Both the position numbers and the translations under genes were made by a program. A DNA stretch of 10,072 nt, taken from positions 1 through 10,072 of the forward strand of contig RQSC01001341.1 of the NCBI GenBank assembly GCA_013416795.1, read 5' to 3'. This stretch comes from Prasinococcaceae sp. CCMP 1430 (Eukaryota > Plantae > Prasinodermophyta). Under the pieces are notes generated by a model that was not told the DNA's origin, searched no databases, and saw nothing but the letters and a program-made list of their open reading frames with translations. Positions 5,283 through 10,072 of the stretch are shown here, piece by piece (position 1 is the stretch's first letter; the number at the start of each line of letters is the position of its first letter).

Positions 5283-7886
5283 ATGCTCGAGGCGCCGCAC
5301 CACCACCGTACACTTAGCGGCACTGAACTGCCGCTCGCGCCAAACCTCGCAAGCCCACCGCCGCAGGTGGATGCGGGCGCCGCAGGCGCTATCAGCGGCG
5401 TGCCGATGGGCGGCGGCTCCGCAGACGTAGGTTTTCACGGGTTTGTCGGCGCAGGTGCCGACCCAGGGGGCCTACAGTTGCTCGCCGGGCGCGCGTACGA
5501 CCGGCGCCCATCGCATGGGCGCGCCGAAGCGCGCCGGGCTGGCGCGGGCACCGCCGGGGGCTCGAACGCTTGCGATTTGCCATCCCTTCCTGATGACCTG
5601 CTGACCTCCAGCTCATTTGATGACGCCATGGGTGCCACGATCATGTCCGACCTCGAGAAACTCATGGTCGGAGGCCTGGCCGACGCGGCGGGCGGTGGCA
5701 GCGCGGAGGGGGCGTCGCACTACAGTGGCAGCGACAGCAGTGAGGGCAGCAGCCTGCACGGGCCGCAGGGACAAGACCACATGGCGGGTGGATGGGGCGT
5801 CGGCCAGCTGGCGGAGCGTGCTGGGGCCGGCAGCCAGGTGCACGCTCACGCCGCACCGTCGCAGAGCAGCTCGGCGGCGGCGATCTGGCCCCCGAGCGGT
5901 GCAAACCCGTGGGCGTGGCATGCACCTGCGCCTGGCGCGCCGGCACTGCCGCAGGCGCACGCCCACTTGCACTCCACCGCGGACGCCCAGGCCGCCGAAC
6001 CGCTGCCGCGAATCAGCCCGCGTGCGGCGAGTCAAGGAGGAGGAGTCCGTCTAGGCCGCGCCAGCTTGGAGACGCACGTCGAGCACCCCTCGCGCAGCTT
6101 GGTGTTGCGCGGTGTCGACGGCGAGGCCGCCGTGTCCGATCCCGAGCTCCGCCAACGCCTTTCGTCGTTGGGCGATGTGTGGTCGCTGGTGCCTCACCCC
6201 GAGTCGGGATACGCAGTGTGCTCGTACTACGACTCGCGTGTCGCGAAGGCCGCCCTGCGTGAGCTCCGTGCCACCACGTGGCACGGCGTGCCCCTCGACG
6301 TGCGCTATGTGCCCACCATGGACGTTGTGCCCGCGATCGACGCCGCAGACGGCGCAGCCGTCAACCACGGGACGCTTGTGGTGTTCAATCTCGACGCTGC
6401 AGTGTCCCGCGAGGAAGTCGCCGCGCTCTTCTCGCGGTTCGGCGAGGTCATGGAGGTGCGCGAGACGCCAAAGAAGCGCCACCACCGCTTCGTCGAGTTT
6501 TACGACGTGCGTCACGCCGCTGCCGCGCTGGTGGGACTAAACAAGGCCGAGGTCAATGGAAAACGCATCAAGCTGGAGGCCAGCAGGCCCATACGGCGCA
6601 CCGTGTCAGACTCGCGGCTCGTGCAAATGGGGGGCGGCAGCCGACCCAGCAATGGCAGCGCGGGAAGTGACTCGCCCGCCCGCCTGACAAGTTTTGGTGG
6701 CACCTACGGCTTGCCGGGGGGCTCGGGCTCGGGCTCGGGCTCGAGCAGCGGGCGCTCCAACTCTCCGCCGCAGAGTGATCGCTCCTTCTCGACTTCGCCG
6801 ACGGCCACGTCGTCGGGTGCGGGCAGCGCGGCCGGCAGCGGCGTCTCGCTCGTGCAGCTGATGTCCAGCAGCAATGGGCAGGGAGGCGGTGCCGACTCGA
6901 GCAGCGGCAGCGACATCGGCGGCGGCGGCGGCGGCGGCGGCCGCGTGGCCGGCTTCCACAAAGGCAGCCGCGGTGGCGGCACCAGCAGCATGAACAGTAG
7001 CATGCTCACCGCAGGCGCGCCCGCATTCTTGCCGCCCAGCAGGCTGCCTCCTGGCGGCATGCACTCGCACGCGCACACGCTTGCGCGCCCTGCTCCCCAC
7101 GCGGGCGTGTGGAGTGCCGATGGGGCAAGCGGTCCTGGGCGCGCCCAGCGAATCCCCACGGACGGTAGCGCGGGGAACGGAGCGGCAGCGGGCGGAGGCG
7201 GCATGGGACCCAGCTCGCGCGGACGCGTCGCAGGCATGGGCGGCAAGCACGACGGTGCCATGCACGGTCACGGTCATTCCAACTCTCACACGTCAGGGCG
7301 GCATAGCGCCTTCTACTTGGATGTGCAGCGCGCTCGCTCCGGCGCAGACAGCCGCACGACGCTCATGCTGAAGAACATCCCAAACAAGTACACGCAGCGG
7401 ATGCTGCTCGCCGCCATCGACGACCACGCCGGCCTGCGTGGCTCCTATGACTTCTTTTACCTCCCCATTGACTTCAAGAATCGCTGCAACGTTGGGTATG
7501 CGTTCATCAACATGGTGAGCCCTGACAAGGTCGTGACCTTTCACGAGGCGTTCGCGGGCAACCGGTGGGAGCGTTTCCACTCGGAGAAGGTGGCCAGCGT
7601 GACATACGCGCGCATCCAGGGCAAGAACGCCATGATCCAGCACTTCGCTAACAGCTCGCTGCTCATGGAGGACAAGCGCTGCAGGCCCATCCTCTTCACG
7701 GCAGACGGCACGGCCGAAGCCTGGCCCGCGGGCGCGGCTGCGGCAGCGCACGCGCACGCGTCGACACATCCGCACATGCACTCGCACATGCATGCGCAGG
7801 CGGCGATGGGACAACGCGGCGGCGGCGCTATGCACGCGCATGCGGCAAGCAGTTCCTCGCACGCGCGTGACGGCAGCTACGTGTGA
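5283..7886 (+). CDS. mei2: Mei2-like (AML/OML family) RNA-binding protein with three RRMs, ~867 aa
   Basis: RRM1 6087-6308 (PSRSLVLR..SYYDSR..LDVRY), RRM2 6363-6590 (NHGTLVVFNLD..RETP..RFVEFYDVR..KRIKLEASRP) and the diagnostic RRM3 7347-7697 (RTTLMLKNIPNKYT..YDFFYLPIDFKNRCNVGYAFINM..YARIQG..HFANSSLLMEDKRCRPILF). LPDDLL near 5586 resembles the AML N-terminal LLPD-acidic-LL motif, so the start lies upstream of it (5283 or 5406, or an exon beyond the gap). Tandem TGA TGA stop. Confidence 0.93.
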   Translation: MLEAPHHHRTLSGTELPLAPNLASPPPQVDAGAAGAISGVPMGGGSADVGFHGFVGAGADPGGLQLLAGRAYDRRPSHGRAEARRAGAGTAGGSNACDLPSLPDDLLTSSSFDDAMGATIMSDLEKLMVGGLADAAGGGSAEGASHYSGSDSSEGSSLHGPQGQDHMAGGWGVGQLAERAGAGSQVHAHAAPSQSSSAAAIWPPSGANPWAWHAPAPGAPALPQAHAHLHSTADAQAAEPLPRISPRAASQGGGVRLGRASLETHVEHPSRSLVLRGVDGEAAVSDPELRQRLSSLGDVWSLVPHPESGYAVCSYYDSRVAKAALRELRATTWHGVPLDVRYVPTMDVVPAIDAADGAAVNHGTLVVFNLDAAVSREEVAALFSRFGEVMEVRETPKKRHHRFVEFYDVRHAAAALVGLNKAEVNGKRIKLEASRPIRRTVSDSRLVQMGGGSRPSNGSAGSDSPARLTSFGGTYGLPGGSGSGSGSSSGRSNSPPQSDRSFSTSPTATSSGAGSAAGSGVSLVQLMSSSNGQGGGADSSSGSDIGGGGGGGGRVAGFHKGSRGGGTSSMNSSMLTAGAPAFLPPSRLPPGGMHSHAHTLARPAPHAGVWSADGASGPGRAQRIPTDGSAGNGAAAGGGGMGPSSRGRVAGMGGKHDGAMHGHGHSNSHTSGRHSAFYLDVQRARSGADSRTTLMLKNIPNKYTQRMLLAAIDDHAGLRGSYDFFYLPIDFKNRCNVGYAFINMVSPDKVVTFHEAFAGNRWERFHSEKVASVTYARIQGKNAMIQHFANSSLLMEDKRCRPILFTADGTAEAWPAGAAAAAHAHASTHPHMHSHMHAQAAMGQRGGGAMHAHAASSSSHARDGSYV
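6719..6742 (+). repeat. (GGGCTC)4 coding repeat (Gly-Ser) in the Mei2-like inter-RRM linker
   Basis: Direct read. Confidence 0.85.
6918..6941 (+). repeat. (GGC)8 coding microsatellite (poly-Gly8)
   Basis: Direct read; protein DIGGGGGGGGRV. Confidence 0.9.
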
Positions 7887-8129
7887 TGAGCACGAGCTGC
7901 CTGGCTCACTTGCTTTTTGTTATCTAGGACGCTGCTCTCCCCGCTGAAGCCAACGCCGTTCCGAGCGAAAGATCGCTTGGCGGCCAAAGACTTTGCCTGC
8001 CGCGCCACGACGCTCGCGAAGGCGAGAGGCGTGGCGCAGCACGCGGTGGCAAAGTCGTAAAACATGAATAGCGCGGAGCATTTTTTTCCAAAGCAAAGCG
8101 TCGAAGACGACCGAGGCGAGCGCCAGGTG

Positions 8130-8143
8130 CGCGCACGTGCGCG
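8130..8143. repeat. Perfect 14-bp palindrome CGCGCACGTGCGCG with a central G-box (CACGTG)
   Basis: Direct read; lies in a 21-nt alternating purine-pyrimidine run (8127-8147). Confidence 0.8.
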
Positions 8144-8264
8144 TGTGAGCGCGCGAGAGTGGAGGAGCGCGCAGGCATCGGACGCGCGGGTATGCTAGTG
8201 GTGCTTGCGCTCGGGCGAGCACAGGTCCCCGCGCCGAACGCCCGCGGCTTTTTTCACCCCAATT

Positions 8265-9785
8265 TTACGCGTCCCCATCAGGACAGTCTTCGTCAGCGAC
8301 TGCAGCGGCGAGCTCCGAGTGCAGCTTCGCCCAGCGCGACGCCTCGGCCTTGGCGACACGTGCCTCCTCGCGCGCTGCACGCAGCTCTTCACGAGCCCCC
8401 TGGAGCTCCGCCACGGCGGCCAGGGGTGCACCCGGGGCGTCTGTGTATCCCACACTCATCTGAGCTGCCGTGACGGCGGGAGCGAGCACGCATCCAGCCT
8501 CTTCGCTGGCGTCGTCGGATACAGCGACGCAGCGCAGCCTTATGGGCGCTGTCTCCCAGGCTGCATATCCTCCGCGACGCACGCCAGCGTACTTCTCTAA
8601 CGGCACGGGTGCCGTCTGCACATCAGCATCAGCCATCCGTGTGGCTCCCGCGCCCAGGTGCGGTGGTCGAGGGACGACAACAGCGCACGTGATTGGCCCG
8701 CGCTTTGGTGCGAATGTGCGTACTGCCTGGCGCGAGTGCACATCCCAGAGCACGGCGGTGCCGTCGCGCGAGGCAGTGACCACGCCAGCTCCGTCTACAG
8801 TGAAGGAGATCGCGGTCACAGCAGCGGTGTGACCCTCGAGTGCCGCGTCATACACGTGGTCGTCGACAGCTGCACCGCCGCGCGCACCCGCCACGAGCGG
8901 CGCCTCGAACACTCGGCCGTCCGCGCCGCCCACATACAGAAGGTACTCGCCGGGATCGACGCCCACACTGTGCACTGCGCAGGGGAACGAGAGGCTTTTG
9001 AGGGGCTGCTCACTCGAGAGGCTCCAAAGCTTTGCGCTGCGGTCGAGCGAGCAGCTCACCACTAGAGGCTCACCGCCAGCACCGTCGCCCGCGCCGCACC
9101 ATATGCCTGTCACTGCCAACGTGTGGCCACTCCACACGCGCAATGGCTGCAGCGACGCGCCTGCGACCGACGGCGCGCCTGTCCCCGTCGCCGTCGCGGC
9201 GGCGTCCGCGACAGCTGCGACACTCCACGCCTGCACCAGTGCATCGCGGCCGCCTGACACCAGCACGGAGCCGTCGGCAGTGAACGCGAGCGCCGATGCG
9301 GCCTTGTAGTGTGCGTTCCACGCGCGCAAAAGCTCACCCGAGGCGGCGTCCCACAGGTAGAGCCGTCCGGATGCACCGCCCGCAGCGACGTGCGTCCCGC
9401 CAGGCGCGGCTGCCATCGCAAGCACTTGCTCGGGCGGGAACGAGCGCACACGCGGCGCACCGCCCCCTTGTCTCCACTCCCAGTGATGCACACAGCCGCT
9501 GCCCGACGCAGCCGCGCCTGCGCCGGGCTTGACCTGCGCTCCGAGCAAGTGATCCTCACCCAGCAGCGCGACGCCTCCAGGCGGCGCGCAGCATGGCGAA
9601 AAGGTGGCGAGTGCCGCCGCCCCCGCGCCACCCGCGCCGCCAGCAGCATTGCACGCGTACACAGCGACGCAGCCGCCCCCGTCGCCGCCAGCGCCGCCAG
9701 CCCCGCCGCCCTCGCAAGCCAGTACAAGCACGTCAGCTGCGCGCGCCTGTGGCGCCCACACTCCTGCCCACGTCGCCGCCGTCAT
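8265..9785 (-). CDS. WDR18: WD40-repeat protein WDR18/Ipi3/RID3 (Rix1 complex, pre-60S maturation), ~506 aa
   Basis: VRSFPPEQV..A.GGASGRLYLWD.ASGELL..W.AHYKA...L.F..DGS.LVSGG.D, HTLAVT, VSCSLDRSAKLWSLS, VDPGEY.LY.GG.DG, LEKY and a C-terminal helical segment ending RWAKLHSEL follow the plant RID3/WDR18 pattern. First ATG is at 9785 (the track start at 9998 is a GTG); stop TAA at 8265-8267. Confidence 0.88.
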   Translation of the reverse strand: MTAATWAGVWAPQARAADVLVLACEGGGAGGAGGDGGGCVAVYACNAAGGAGGAGAAALATFSPCCAPPGGVALLGEDHLLGAQVKPGAGAAASGSGCVHHWEWRQGGGAPRVRSFPPEQVLAMAAAPGGTHVAAGGASGRLYLWDAASGELLRAWNAHYKAASALAFTADGSVLVSGGRDALVQAWSVAAVADAAATATGTGAPSVAGASLQPLRVWSGHTLAVTGIWCGAGDGAGGEPLVVSCSLDRSAKLWSLSSEQPLKSLSFPCAVHSVGVDPGEYLLYVGGADGRVFEAPLVAGARGGAAVDDHVYDAALEGHTAAVTAISFTVDGAGVVTASRDGTAVLWDVHSRQAVRTFAPKRGPITCAVVVPRPPHLGAGATRMADADVQTAPVPLEKYAGVRRGGYAAWETAPIRLRCVAVSDDASEEAGCVLAPAVTAAQMSVGYTDAPGAPLAAVAELQGAREELRAAREEARVAKAEASRWAKLHSELAAAVADEDCPDGDA

Positions 9786-9911
9786 CGCCTCCCCCCCCCC
9801 TTTAGCAGTCGTCGAGCCCGAGACGTGCTCCCTCTCTTCCTCGCTCCCTTTCTGCCTCCCCCCCCTCGGCGGTGGCTCGACGGCGTCCGCCGCCACGTGG
9901 GGGGCGTCTCT

Positions 9912-9924
9912 GCGCGCGCGCGCG
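9912..9924. repeat. 13-nt (GC)n tract 127 nt upstream of the WDR18 ATG; another 12-nt tract at 10024-10035
   Basis: Direct read. Confidence 0.9.
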
Positions 9925-9973
9925 GCCTGTGGGCGCGGAGCGCGTGTGTCGGAGAGCCCGCCAGGGAGTCCTT

Positions 9974-9996
9974 CCCCCTCCCCCTTCCCCCTTCCC
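9974..9996 (-). other. G-quadruplex-forming motif GGG-AA-GGGGG-AA-GGGGG-A-GGGGG upstream of WDR18
   Basis: C-tracts at 9974-9978, 9980-9984, 9987-9991 and 9994-9996 with 1-2 nt loops satisfy the canonical G4 pattern; folding in vivo is not shown. Confidence 0.55.
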
Positions 9997-10048
9997 ACCG
10001 ACGACCCCCGTTCCCGCCCCGCGGCGCGCGCGCGCTCCCCGCCACGCA

Positions 10049-10072
10049 GCGCCGAGGCGCCGAGGCGCCGAG
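10049..10072 (+). repeat. (GCGCCGAG)3 tandem repeat reaching the window edge
   Basis: Three exact 8-bp units; may continue beyond 10072. Confidence 0.85.

Noticed and set aside
3471-5438. Long ORFs spanning the N run (3471-5438, 3578-5221, 3931-5313, 4168-5430, 4203-5195, 4223-5323)
   Set aside because: Open only because N codons contain no stops; no recognisable domains
7872-7883. C-terminal S-Y-V of the Mei2-like protein as a class I PDZ-binding motif
   Set aside because: A three-residue match in a lineage with few PDZ scaffolds; likely chance
7883-7947. C box GTGATGA (7883) plus D box CTGA (7944) spaced like a small snoRNA
   Set aside because: The C box is explained by the tandem TGA TGA stop, there is no terminal stem, and no rRNA complement is recognisable
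574-9785. Idea that kinesin, Mei2-like and WDR18 form a functional meiosis or meristem cluster
   Set aside because: Adjacency in a compact eukaryotic genome is not evidence. Mei2-like genes in plants and algae are not meiosis-specific, and synteny cannot be tested here.
644-9805. Numerous overlapping or antisense ORFs rich in Arg/Ala/Pro/Gly
   Set aside because: Expected stop-poor shadow frames of GC-rich real genes; no motifs
9786-9998. N-terminal extension of WDR18 in the ORF track
   Set aside because: It starts at GTG (a bacterial-style call); the first ATG is 9785 and homology begins just after it
1-10072. Transposon, CRISPR or viral elements
   Set aside because: No transposase, RT or integrase motifs, no terminal repeats with target duplications and no spaced repeat arrays in the visible sequence

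Overview
Eukaryotic, very GC-rich (roughly 70-75% by eye, not computed), CpG-rich nuclear DNA with a 697-nt assembly gap (4406-5102). It is most likely a green alga, inferred from the plant/chlorophyte-type Mei2 RRM3 tail, the RID3-like WDR18 and a TGTAA after one stop codon. There are three complete genes whose recognisable domains each lie in one uninterrupted ORF: a kinesin-3-type motor with an atypical FHA-less basic tail (minus, ~574-2619), a Mei2/AML-like three-RRM RNA-binding protein (plus, ~5283-7886) and a WDR18/Ipi3/RID3 WD40 protein (minus, ~8265-9785). A fourth gene probably starts at 57 on the minus strand with a transit-peptide-like N-terminus and runs off the left edge. Most other ORFs in the track are GC shadows, and several of them use GTG/TTG starts that do not apply here. 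No mobile element, CRISPR, tRNA or rRNA is supported. The most interesting non-coding signals are: (1) long pure (CG)n tracts confined to 5'-flanking DNA, one 110-220 nt upstream of every start codon; (2) a U-rich GCUUUUUGUU element just after the Mei2-like stop that resembles a Mei2-RRM3 ligand, suggesting autoregulation; (3) four GTAC cores in 23 bp upstream of the putative organellar gene; (4) E2F-like sites and an AT-richer island in the kinesin/Mei2 divergent region. All regulatory interpretations are hypotheses.
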